A stretch of DNA of 64,000 nucleotides from NCBI GenBank assembly GCA_965200245.1, contig CBDATS010000002.1, positions 192,001 through 256,000 on the forward strand, given 5' to 3'. Of this stretch, positions 34,344 to 43,864 are shown piece by piece. Origin of the DNA: a bacterium. GTDB lineage: Bacteria > UBA8248. Numbering within the stretch: the stretch's first letter is position 1; each line of letters starts with the position of its first letter. The translations under genes and the position numbers were made by a program. The notes below the pieces were generated by a model. The model was given only the letters and a program-made list of their open reading frames with translations. It ran no database searches and had not been told where the DNA came from.

Positions 34344-36109
34344 GCACGACTCTCCACGCCACCGAGCAGTTCGCGCCTCAAAATGTTTACAAGTTCGGTG
34401 GAAAGCTGGGAGAGGTCCTGCACCACGATGTGGTTGGGGTAGATTTGTTCCACGAAAGGGTCCACGACACCGACGCCTATGACGCGCACGCCCAGCTTCT
34501 GCAGCCGGTTCACCGTGTTCACGAGGTGGGTCGCGTCTCCATTGGGTTGGCCGTCGGAAGTGATAATAATTACCTTCTCCTCCTCGGGCCGCTGGATAAG
34601 CCTGCGGTATGCGAAGAGCAGGTGCTCCTCGTCCCAGTTGTTGAAGCGCGGGTAGATGTTGACGAGCCTGTGCTTCACCTGGGCAAACTGGTCCTCAAAA
34701 CCCTTGTAGATTCGGTGCTGCAGCGGCGAATGCCGGATGTGGCGGAACTTGAATGCCGGAATATGCCCCAGTGCCGCCGCCATGGCTGCTTCCGAACTCT
34801 CGGTGGAGTAGCCGATGATCTCGAAAGGCACGTCGAGACGGTCGAGGGCTTCTGCGAAGAAGATGGTCGCCTCCCTCGCTGCCATGTACTTCGACTCGCG
34901 GTTCATGCTCCCGCTCTCGTCTACCAGCAGCGTGAAGCATACGTCCAGCTTGTCGGGTTCTTCCTTGCGGTGAAAGAGATGGAATTTCCCCAGCCGCTGC
35001 TTCCAGAGCTTGGGGAGGTCCAGCTTGCCTGATCGGTGCGAACCGCTGTAGCGCGTGTAGGTTCTCTCCTGGATGATCTGCATGAGCTTCCACACCAGCA
35101 CCTTGATGTGGCTGCCGGCATTGTCGATGACCGCGGCGTATTCCTCGGCCTTCCCCTCGGGCGGCAATACGATGGTCCGCTCATCGGGATGTTCGGCGGT
35201 GGGGTGAACCTCCTTCCTGTTGCCCTCAAGTTCGAACCAGGGAGCGGCCCAGTGCCCGAGTGCCGCGAGTTCCTCGGGACTCAGGTCGACCTGCTCGCCC
35301 ACGTTTTCCTCGTCGATTTCCTCGGCCGCTTCGGGGTGGAGCATTTCGAGGGGTTCGTCATCTTCACCCTCCAGGTTTTGGCTCTCGATTTTCTGGAGGA
35401 TTTCTTCGGGAATTTCCGAGAGGTCCTGACTCTCGCTCATCTGGGCGAGTTGCTCTTCCGTGAGGTATCGCTGGATGGCGTCGTAGATTTCATTCGCGCA
35501 ATCGAAGGCAGTCTTGGGATCATCGGCAGCGCATGCGCGGTCAATCAGCGGGATGAGCCTGTGGAAAATCTGCACGACCGGGGAATCGAACCAGGCCGCG
35601 GGCAAATCTCCAGGCCGCGAGGAGGGGACACCGGGTGTCTGCCCTATTCCGGCGAGATAGAGTCCCCACTGGATCTGGAGAAACAGGGGAAGTTGCCCGC
35701 CCATATGGTTGCGCTCTGCCGCCTCGATGGCCGGCAGGATGAAGGCGCGGAAATTCTTCCTGGTGCCGGGCAGCGATTCCGCAAGGCGGTTTTCGCAGCG
35801 CGCGTCCTCAAGGGTGTGCCAGATATGGAAAAGACCCGGCCTCTCCCGGTTCGCGAGCGCGGCGCGGCCGGCCCACTGGAACGTTCCGTGGATTTTGTGA
35901 GCCACCTCGATGAGCGTCATACCCTTCTGGTACCTGAGTACGTGTTCATCATTCAGGTCACCGCCCAGGCGCGCCAGGGTCTGTTTGGGATCTTCGACGT
36001 GAATGGCGTCCTCGCCGTCCTTCGCCTTGGGGCCGAAGTTCAGGGCGAGTTCGTAATCATGCGCGGTCACCTGCGCGAGTGCCTCAAGACGGGCGCGTCG
36101 GCGTTCCAT
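34337..36109 (-). CDS. VWA-domain protein (NorD/CbbO/CobT-like)
   Basis: LEDARCE N-terminal motif, acidic linker, SGKLD, MIDAS motif LVDESGSM, TSDGQP. Confidence 0.85.
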   Translation of the reverse strand: MERRRARLEALAQVTAHDYELALNFGPKAKDGEDAIHVEDPKQTLARLGGDLNDEHVLRYQKGMTLIEVAHKIHGTFQWAGRAALANRERPGLFHIWHTLEDARCENRLAESLPGTRKNFRAFILPAIEAAERNHMGGQLPLFLQIQWGLYLAGIGQTPGVPSSRPGDLPAAWFDSPVVQIFHRLIPLIDRACAADDPKTAFDCANEIYDAIQRYLTEEQLAQMSESQDLSEIPEEILQKIESQNLEGEDDEPLEMLHPEAAEEIDEENVGEQVDLSPEELAALGHWAAPWFELEGNRKEVHPTAEHPDERTIVLPPEGKAEEYAAVIDNAGSHIKVLVWKLMQIIQERTYTRYSGSHRSGKLDLPKLWKQRLGKFHLFHRKEEPDKLDVCFTLLVDESGSMNRESKYMAAREATIFFAEALDRLDVPFEIIGYSTESSEAAMAAALGHIPAFKFRHIRHSPLQHRIYKGFEDQFAQVKHRLVNIYPRFNNWDEEHLLFAYRRLIQRPEEEKVIIITSDGQPNGDATHLVNTVNRLQKLGVRVIGVGVVDPFVEQIYPNHIVVQDLSQLSTELVNILRRELLGGVESRAW

Positions 36110-36123
36110 GCCTCATCTCCCGG

Positions 36124-37008
36124 CTAGAAATGGTTGTCCACTATGTCCTCAAGCACTTTGGCGTCGAAAGAATTCACCTTGCCGAAAATGGTCGAGACGG
36201 CGGCATCCATCGGGTCGAACCGCGCTGCCATGCGTGCCCAGTCGATGAGACGCCGGGTGCTGAACGTGCAGAACACCTTTTCGTTCTGCATGGCATCGCG
36301 CACATCGTGGCCCACGCGCACCATGCGCTTGACGAGTTCCTCGTCGCCGTTCCCGCTCTGCTGCATAATGACTTCGACTTCCGCGTCGAAGGGGAGGTAG
36401 TCCATCTTCACGGTGACAGGAAAGCGGTCCAGAAGTGCCTCATTCAATGGCTTGGTGCCGCCGTACCTGCGGTCTTCGTGCGGATTCATACTGGCAAAGA
36501 GTCGGAAGTTCGGGTGCGGTTTGACGATGCGTCCATCGTATTCGGACAGGACGATCATCCGGTCGTCGTCGAGAAGGCTGTGCAGACAAAAGGCGATTTC
36601 CGGCAGACATGCGTTGATCTCGTCGATGAGCAGCCAGTCGCCCGATTGCATGGCGTCGACCAGGATGCCGTTCACCCAGTAGGTGCCCTGTTCGTTGATC
36701 ATCAACTTGCCCACGAACTCATCGACCGTGGTCATGCCGTTCAGGTTCACGCGCCGAAAGCCGTTGTTCGTCATGTGGGCCAGATGACGCACCGATAGGG
36801 TCTTTCCAACACCCGTCTCACCCACCAGGAGAACGGGCAGGTTCTGGCTCACCGCCCACGCGATGCGCTCAAGCGCGTCGCCCGCCGCGAGATAGAACTG
36901 CGCAGGGGGAACGAAGGAGTTTCCGTTCGCCTCGTTGAGGGGAATTTCGCTGCGCCCGATACTGTAGACGCCGTTTTCCACCGTTTCGGTCAGTATTTCG
37001 GTACTCAA
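36124..37008 (-). CDS. MoxR-type AAA+ ATPase (CbbQ/NirQ/NorQ-like)
   Basis: Walker A GETGVGKT, Walker B LLIDEIN, ASMNP, LNEALLDRF and a CbbQ_C-like FSTRRL. Confidence 0.92.
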   Translation of the reverse strand: MSTEILTETVENGVYSIGRSEIPLNEANGNSFVPPAQFYLAAGDALERIAWAVSQNLPVLLVGETGVGKTLSVRHLAHMTNNGFRRVNLNGMTTVDEFVGKLMINEQGTYWVNGILVDAMQSGDWLLIDEINACLPEIAFCLHSLLDDDRMIVLSEYDGRIVKPHPNFRLFASMNPHEDRRYGGTKPLNEALLDRFPVTVKMDYLPFDAEVEVIMQQSGNGDEELVKRMVRVGHDVRDAMQNEKVFCTFSTRRLIDWARMAARFDPMDAAVSTIFGKVNSFDAKVLEDIVDNHF

Positions 37009-37859
37009 TTCGCATACTCCATCGCTGAAACGCCAAACAGGAACATCATGATGGCCTCAAGCGCGCCGCCGCCGATGGCGCGCGATTTATCGGATATCGT
37101 GTGGCAATGGGAGGGTTCGGCCCTCGGGTCGACGTCGCCGACCTTGAAGCCCGCACTCACATCGATGCCGTCCCTCAAAAGTCCGCGCAAAACGCCGTCG
37201 ATGGCGGAACACACCTCCAATCCGTCCACACGGGCGACGGCTTCTCCCGCGCGCACCGCGTCGCCGATTCGGGCAATGGAGGTAAAGACGCCCGCCCGGG
37301 GGGCGCGCAGCAGCCTCTCGGTGGTGTAGCCGCCGATGGGTCCGGGAACACCCGTATTGGGTCTGGCCGCACCCTCCAGAATCACCCTCCCCAGGTCATG
37401 GCCCCGGGAGGTTTCGACCACGGCATGGCAATCAACGCCCGCCGTGAAACCCGGCCCCAGACCGATCACGACCTGCGCATCGTCGATGCGCGTGCCGAGG
37501 TTTCGCTTCGCCAGAATCGCATCTATCACGACGGCGGGCCGGAGATAAGCTATCGCCTCTGCGCGGGGGTCCACCATCACCGGAACAGAATCCGCCTCCA
37601 GAATGGCACGCGCGTTCGCCGCTTTTTCCTCTATGGATTCGCCTTCCGCCCGGGCGGAGGTCACACCCTCTACTTTCCATTCACCGGCGTAGAGGCACTC
37701 GGCGAAGGAGACGGTGCGCCGCACCATGGTGGGGTTCCCGATTTCGGTGATCGCTACCGGAAAACCCGCGCGGTGCAGGCGGTGCGTCACACCGGTGGCG
37801 AGATCGCCACCCCCTTTGACAAGCACGAGCGTATCGGCAATGGCCCTGCGGTTGCTCAT
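37005..37859 (-). CDS. yqeB: Selenium-dependent molybdenum cofactor biosynthesis protein YqeB
   Basis: VKGGGDLATG, VRRTVSF, IDAILAKRNLG, GLGPGF, ETSRGHDLG, NTGVPG, GVLRG, KVGDVDPR, ISDKSRAIGG. Confidence 0.93.
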   Translation of the reverse strand: MSNRRAIADTLVLVKGGGDLATGVTHRLHRAGFPVAITEIGNPTMVRRTVSFAECLYAGEWKVEGVTSARAEGESIEEKAANARAILEADSVPVMVDPRAEAIAYLRPAVVIDAILAKRNLGTRIDDAQVVIGLGPGFTAGVDCHAVVETSRGHDLGRVILEGAARPNTGVPGPIGGYTTERLLRAPRAGVFTSIARIGDAVRAGEAVARVDGLEVCSAIDGVLRGLLRDGIDVSAGFKVGDVDPRAEPSHCHTISDKSRAIGGGALEAIMMFLFGVSAMEYAN

Positions 37860-37863
37860 GCTT

Positions 37864-38256
37864 CTAGTCTTCCACGAAGGCGACCACGTCAATCTCGATG
37901 AGCCATTCGGGTTTCGCCAGCCCGCTTATGATCAGGAGCGTACTCGCCGGGTAGGGTTCATTGAAGTAGGTCTGCCGCACTTCCATGCTGGCCGGAAAAT
38001 CCGCGGGGTCGGTAATATAGACCGTCAGACGGACGATGTCCTCCATCCCGGCACCCGCCGCTTCGAGTGCGGCCTTGATGTTCTCGTACACCTGCCTGGT
38101 CTGGGCTTTCATGTCATTGACCCCGACCGTGTTGCCGTCCACATCGACCGCTACCTGGCCTGCCAGCATGATGAGATGTCCGTTCGATACCTTCCAGCCT
38201 GTGGAATACGCGGCGACAGGCTTCACCTTATCGGAGTCGATTCGTTGTTTCGCCAT
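37864..38256 (-). CDS. Rid (YjgF/UK114) family protein
   Basis: YS, LAGQV, QTRQVYENI, PAST, LIEIDVVA. Confidence 0.9.
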   Translation of the reverse strand: MAKQRIDSDKVKPVAAYSTGWKVSNGHLIMLAGQVAVDVDGNTVGVNDMKAQTRQVYENIKAALEAAGAGMEDIVRLTVYITDPADFPASMEVRQTYFNEPYPASTLLIISGLAKPEWLIEIDVVAFVED

Positions 38257-38473
38257 AGGTTGTTCCTCCTGCGCCTTGTTAGAAAAGAAAGGTCATCTTC
38301 CCCAGAGGGGGAGAATCTAGCACGGGGCCGAAACCGAGGCAACGCAAACGGGGCAATCGCCTGGAAGGGGATGATTCGCCAAAACGCCGCCATTCCGGCA
38401 CATACCGAAATGATGAATGCAAAAATCACATGACCGAGAACGCATTTTTCGGGACCATCAATGATCTGGACAG

Positions 38474-38638
38474 TCAGTTCTTTTTCCTCACCAGGCAGAC
38501 TGACCGGAGGACTGCCAGTGCCAGTTCGTCAGCAGTCGCGTCGATGCGGACCGATTCCTCTGGCCCGGCCTTTGGTGGCTGATAGCTGGATGGCTTGAGG
38601 TAGACTGTTGGTTTTTCAGTTGCTGCCCGACCGGTCAT
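38474..38638 (-). CDS. Small hypothetical protein (YQP motif; possible mobile-element passenger)
   Basis: KPTVYLKPSSYQPPKAG.EESVRIDAT.DELALAVL, with RBS CAGGAAAG upstream. Confidence 0.45.
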   Translation of the reverse strand: MTGRAATEKPTVYLKPSSYQPPKAGPEESVRIDATADELALAVLRSVCLVRKKN

Positions 38639-38703
38639 TTCACTTTCCTGTTTTTTCACAACTCACAAGTTCTGGAAAACCCATCTTCTTGTGAAGACAA
38701 GAA

Positions 38704-39525
38704 TCATATCTTGATGAACTCCAGTTTCGTACGCAAGGAATCCTCGAATTCCCCGCGCCTTACAGTCTCAGCCGACAAAAGTTTGTCGTTCGAAGCTTCC
38801 AGCGACAAAACCTCCCAATGATATTCTTCCAACTGATAATCGTCGCTCATGCGGGGGACAAGCCAGACGATATCCCCATCGTTGAGATCTTGCGATGGAT
38901 TGTCAGTCGCTCCGCCTATAGCCTCAAAAAACGGAAGATCAACGGCGACAGCCAGCTTTGTGCCCCAACGCCGCAAAGTCGGTGCCTTGATCTGGAGTTG
39001 GGGCATCAACCGTTTTGCGCTTGATGATCGCCAGTCCGGCCTTCTGAATTCCGTTGGTGCCGGGGGCTGGTCACTTTCATCTGTCAACAGCATCTCGAAG
39101 TCTGACAGCATCCCTCTGCCGGAAAAGTACACGGCCTGAATCTCCAGCCCGAACCATGCAGAAGCCTCGCAGTCTTGTGCAACAACCAAATCAATGCGCC
39201 CTGCCGGTCGTCCCGTTGCCGGCGAACGCATAAACGGTACTTCCCGGGCAAGATAGACGGGAGGGAACCCGACAATACGCGCCAGCCATGTGGGCAGGAG
39301 ATTGTTCTCGTCAAACTGGCTCGGGCAGGTGATGACAGGCTGGCCATCTGTTGCCTAGATTGAACATACACCACCTTTCTTGCTGCATAACGGTTGCCCA
39401 CGCTGAAAAGGACATGGGGGAGGAGGGTCATATCCTAATGCGGAACGAGCCAGTTTCTGTCGTCGCTGCGCATCCATCGTCCGGAAGGGCTCGCCAAACC
39501 ATTCGGCAATGCCATGCCCGCTCAT
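38704..39525 (-). pseudogene. NotI-family restriction endonuclease with in-frame TAG at 39355-39357
   Basis: Read-through gives IAEWFG...CPF...CSKKGGVCSI*...VITCP...EVPFM...GRIDLV...LEIQAVYFSG...RPDWRSSSAKRLMPQLQIK...WG.K. The start overlaps the methylase stop (ATGA). Confidence 0.85.
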
Positions 39526-40383
39526 GCGAACAGCGGCTCTGAGGTGATGACCAGTTCTGACAGATTGTTGTGGTGAGTGTTTTTCATGGAACCCCCCACA
39601 GCGTCAAAGCCGTGTTCCCGTACCAATTCGATGATCTCCGGTGCTGCATCATAGGTCATCAGGAAATTCGAATCGTTCGCAGCCAGGATGCGAAACAATG
39701 CCGCATGATTGATGGTCGAGTGTGCATAGAGTCGTGTCCCTGCCTTTTTCCCTCCGGGTGCCGAATAGGGGGGATCGAGAAATACCCCGGCTTTCCGGCC
39801 CCAGCCACGCAACAGGACCGGAAGAATCTTCAGGCCGTCACCTTCCAGGCAAGCGATCCGGTCAGCGTATTCCTGTATGGCTGCAAGGCGTTTCAGGATA
39901 CCATCGTGATCCAAGCCCCTTGCCGTTCTCGCCATATCGCGAGAACGATGCACCCGGAGCAAGAATCCCGCCTCTCCGGGTCCGGTTCAGGACCAGAGTT
40001 CGAAACCCGTGTTCCGCGACAGTGCCGGGTGGTTCGCCCTGCAGCCTTTCCAGGTTCTCGTGGGTCGGCGCGAACTGACGAATCCATTCGCACAGTATCG
40101 TGCCGCTTTCCAGCGCAGACCGCCAGAAGGCAGCCACATCACGGTCGAGTTCGACCATCACAGCGGACGGAACCAGATCTTCCATGACCGCCGTGAGGGA
40201 TACGATGGCACCCCCTGCGAACGGTTCTATCAGGATTTCGGGCTTCGTGTGACGAAGCCATTCACGGATATGCGGGATCAGCCAAGTCTTGCCGCCGGGA
40301 TAGCGGAGCGGACTGCGCTGGGGGACCTGAGCGACGTTGACAACCGGAACCCGAGAGGAAGGGAATGTGACAGTTGTACTCAC
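39522..40383 (-). pseudogene. Dam-like (D12 class) DNA adenine methyltransferase, frameshifted near 39890
   Basis: SPLRYPGGK, IEPFAGG, LNRT and SRW in one frame; FLDPPY, LY.H and MTYD in another. Confidence 0.88.
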
Positions 40384-40722
40384 GACCGCGCCCCTGACAC
40401 TTTCCCGTCTCCTGCGATAATATCCATATAACAATGTAATACACTGCAATATAATGCATGAGAATAAATTTCAACATCTATATATTGGCTATTGCCTTGT
40501 CAACTGAACAATTACATGGAAATCGTAGAGTGCCTTCGGTCGGCCTTCCGTTGCCAATCCCATTATCCACCACCCAGCAGATAGTCTCATTTTGCAGTCT
40601 CATGCATTTCTTCACCACCAATCTTGCTGCGCCAGTAACGCAACAATTCGTGTGATGCTCGATGAAGGAGCAAAATCATAGAGGAAATTGCTAAAATTTT
40701 GTAGGCTTCCATGAATTACGCT

Positions 40723-41406
40723 TCACTTGTCGAATATTCGTCTAATATTCAGGGACACTTGATCAACGAAACTTTTCCAGTCTTGATAAACACGGACTGA
40801 TGCTTTTTTGACTGTCGGTGCTTCAGTAGTCCTTCGAAGTCTTTCTCGCAGAGACTACATATACTGATTAATTTCTCGTGCAGAGGAATAACGCTCACGA
40901 TTTGGTATCTTGTTGCTGTCCAAGAAGCCCTTGGGGATATTGTGTTCAGCAAATTTGAAGTTTTCTGGCCATAGATTTCTTTCACGATCGTTTCCAGGTT
41001 GGATGGATCCATTTTTGTAATCTTCATGGAACAATTTGGACGCTGCCACCAAACGCTCGAAAAGAGAAGGCGATACAATGCTGAAATCCAGGTCTGAATT
41101 TTCATTAAATTCTCTTCCGAATTTAGAAGACGCTGCCAACGAGTAACCTATTCTCGAACTTCCAATGAGGGTGATCTCTTTCGGGTGAACATCAAGTCGG
41201 TCTCCAAGCCAGCCGCGTATATCTTCATAGATTGCGGGACAATCGCGAAAAGCATATGGCACTCCTTCAGCCAACCATAGACGTACGAAAATCTCTCGCT
41301 CCCGTTCCGTGCTGTTTTCCAAAGCGTTGCGTAATTCAACAGGACAAGGGAACGGATAGGGCAGTGCCTGAAACCCCGGGTCAATTCTGAATGGTTTTGT
41401 CATCAA
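40723..41406 (-). pseudogene. Pol-beta superfamily nucleotidyltransferase-like protein with in-frame TAG at 40855-40857
   Basis: LIGSSRIGYSL...SDLDFSIVS (GS...DxD). The frame continues after the TAG as SLRERL...SVRVYQDWKSF... to TGA at 40723. Confidence 0.7.
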
Positions 41407-41994
41407 GATGCTCGTAAGTTCCGGCCTGGATATGACGCTGGTAAAGACCGAGCAGATGTTTGCTCCGTCGCTTTATCTGTCGAACAAGGGATACGGGCGC
41501 AATTCTCGCTTCTGGATATTTTAATCGAGCAACAACGAGGCGGCCTCGTCCAGTGACAAGGAATTGGGATGAAACCCAAGGCGCTGACACGCTTGAAAAT
41601 ATCCGTTCATACGCCAGCCATAGTAGGCGATAGACAAATAGACGCTTGGGAGAATGTTTTTCTGGAAAGAGGCATCGACAAGTATTGCCAAGAGAATCTC
41701 ATTCAGTTTGCGGTGAATGGTACGCTCATATCTGCACGTAATGGTACGGACAATCTGCTGTTCAATGGTACTGGCACCTTCACGTGATCGGAAAGCGATT
41801 CGCCGCCAGACAGCTCTGCAAATAGCAATGATATCGAAACCAGGGTGGCGAGAGTGTCTGTGATCTTCTCCCGAAACGAGAAGTTGTTGAGCGACCAAGG
41901 GTGGTGAATTTTCTGGATGGGCGAGTCTCGCGCGTTCTGCCTCGACACGAGACCACACGAAGTCCCAGTCTTCGCATGTTAAACGGCGCAACAT
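41381..41994 (-). pseudogene. GT51 transglycosylase-domain protein without membrane anchor, frameshifted near 41533
   Basis: GEDHRH..H.GFD, GASTIEQQ, RKLNE, KNIL..YL..AYYG, EAASL / VARLKYP (shifted). The start could alternatively be TTG at 42018. Confidence 0.8.
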
Positions 41995-42085
41995 CTTCAA
42001 GATAAAGTTTCGAACCAAGTGATGGTATCCTTTATCAATTCCCAAGCTTACAACCAACGTGGTTAAGGGAATGTAGATATTCCTC

Positions 42086-43159
42086 TCACCTATTCCTGAC
42101 CAGCCTTGCCGCGAGAATGAGCGCGTCGACCATGCTGGAGGGGTCGGCGATGCCTCGACCAGCAATGGGGTAGCCCGTTCCGTGCTCGACCGAGGTTCTG
42201 ACGATGGGCAGACCCAACGTGACGTTGACGCCGCGCACGCGTGCCTGTCCATCGGAGTCGAAGCGGAAACACATCAACTTACCCGGTATGTGGCCCTGAT
42301 CGTGATACATCGCCACCACGCCGCCGTAGTAGCCACCGCGCAACTTGCCAAAAATCGTGTCCGGCGGTTCGGGGCCGTGCGCGTCGACACCCATTTCTCT
42401 CAGGTCCGCGACCGCGGGCGCAATTTCCTGCACTTCTTCTGTTCCGAACAGTCCGGACTCACCCGCATGGGGGTTGAGACCCGCGACGCCGATTTTATGT
42501 TTCTTACCTTCGAGCCGGTGGAGGGCGTCGTCCAGAACGCGGGACACATAGACGATTCTCTTTCGCTTGACGCGCCTGAGCGCAACTTTCAGGGGGCAAT
42601 GGGTGGAAACGTGCGCGATGCGTATCCTGCGGTGTGCCAGCATCATCACGGGTTGTCCCTCGCCACACAGATCGGCGAGCATTTCGGTATGACCCGGATA
42701 GCCATACCCCCCAGCTTGCAAGGATTCCTTGTTTATCGGCGCGGTCGCGATGGCGTCCACCCAGCCTGCACGCGCCATCTTGACGGCCTTTTCGATAAAT
42801 TGGCCAGCAGCCGCGCCCAGTTCGGGGAGAACTTTTCCGTATACCCGGTGCTCACCAGCGACATTTGCGAGATCGAGAACGGGGGTGACGGTCGGGTCCC
42901 CAGGTTGCGGGAGTCTGCTCTCATCCGGCATCCGTGTCAGCCGCGCCGGGATATCCATCCGCCGGGCATGCTTCCTGAGTACAGCCATATCGCCCACGAT
43001 GAGAGGCACACACCTTTTCCGAACGCTCGGTTCCAGGGCGGCTTTGAGACATACTTCTGGACCCACCCCCGCCGGGTCTCCCATGGTCATGGCAATGACA
43101 GGTCTATGTTTCAACGGAACTTCCTTTCTTTCCCGGCACATCATTTGCGGAATATTCAT
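42086..43159 (-). CDS. pdxA: PdxA family dehydrogenase (PdxA/PdxA2)
   Basis: TMGDPAGVGPE, TAPINK, GHTE, GLNPHAGE, AMYHDQG, NVTLGLP, RTSVEHGT. Confidence 0.9.
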   Translation of the reverse strand: MNIPQMMCRERKEVPLKHRPVIAMTMGDPAGVGPEVCLKAALEPSVRKRCVPLIVGDMAVLRKHARRMDIPARLTRMPDESRLPQPGDPTVTPVLDLANVAGEHRVYGKVLPELGAAAGQFIEKAVKMARAGWVDAIATAPINKESLQAGGYGYPGHTEMLADLCGEGQPVMMLAHRRIRIAHVSTHCPLKVALRRVKRKRIVYVSRVLDDALHRLEGKKHKIGVAGLNPHAGESGLFGTEEVQEIAPAVADLREMGVDAHGPEPPDTIFGKLRGGYYGGVVAMYHDQGHIPGKLMCFRFDSDGQARVRGVNVTLGLPIVRTSVEHGTGYPIAGRGIADPSSMVDALILAARLVRNR

Positions 43160-43341
43160 CTATCCCCAAAATCCGAACTTACCAGTTCCGGAAGGTTACC
43201 ATATTCCTGCTGTCTTCGATTCCAGGTATCGTCTCCGATTCCAGATATATTCCACCCGGAACCCTTGACTTTGACGATGCCCGGCGCGGAAGATGCTTCT
43301 CGACACGAAAGAATATGCAATTCTCACCGAGAGGAAAATCC

Positions 43342-43851
43342 TTGAGCGAAACAGGCGCAAGTGCTGGTAAAACCGTCCAGAAACTTCACGAACTCGGATT
43401 CACGCATGCTCTCATGATCCCCGACAGCGAAAGCAGACTTCTATATGAGGCACTGGAAAACGACCCGGAAATCGACTTGATCACCCCCTGCCGCGAGGGG
43501 GAGTCGGTCGCTATCGCGGCCGGTCTGTGGACGGGCGGGCTCAAGCCGTTGCTCGTGATTCAGAACACAGGGCTGATGGAGGCGGGAGACTCGCTGCGGG
43601 GTTGCGGCACGGGACCCAAGGTGCCACTGCGCATGATGGTCGGCTGGCGGGGGTATGGGGGCGCAATGGCCGGAAAGCTGCCGATCGATTCGGCCTATAC
43701 TTTCACCGAACCGCTGCTGCAGGCGTGGAAAATCCCGACCTGGCGGCTCATGTCGGATGATGACCTGGGAACGCTCGCCCTGATGGACCAAACGGCGGCG
43801 GAAACTTCATATCCTGCCGCCGTCATCACCGGCTATGCATTCAGACCCTGA
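43342..43851 (+). CDS. ThDP-dependent decarboxylase alpha subunit (ComD / phosphonopyruvate decarboxylase-like)
   Basis: IPDS, CREGE..AIAAG, IQNTG, MVGWRG, TEPLL. Confidence 0.78.
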   Translation: MSETGASAGKTVQKLHELGFTHALMIPDSESRLLYEALENDPEIDLITPCREGESVAIAAGLWTGGLKPLLVIQNTGLMEAGDSLRGCGTGPKVPLRMMVGWRGYGGAMAGKLPIDSAYTFTEPLLQAWKIPTWRLMSDDDLGTLALMDQTAAETSYPAAVITGYAFRP

Positions 43852-43864
43852 AAGGTGGAATCCC

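Noticed and set aside
40455-40720. Possible gene remnant or controller operator (CAATGTAAT/CAATATAAT) between the NTase and the methylase
   Set aside because: No controller gene or sustained ORF, and short AT-rich repeats can arise by chance.
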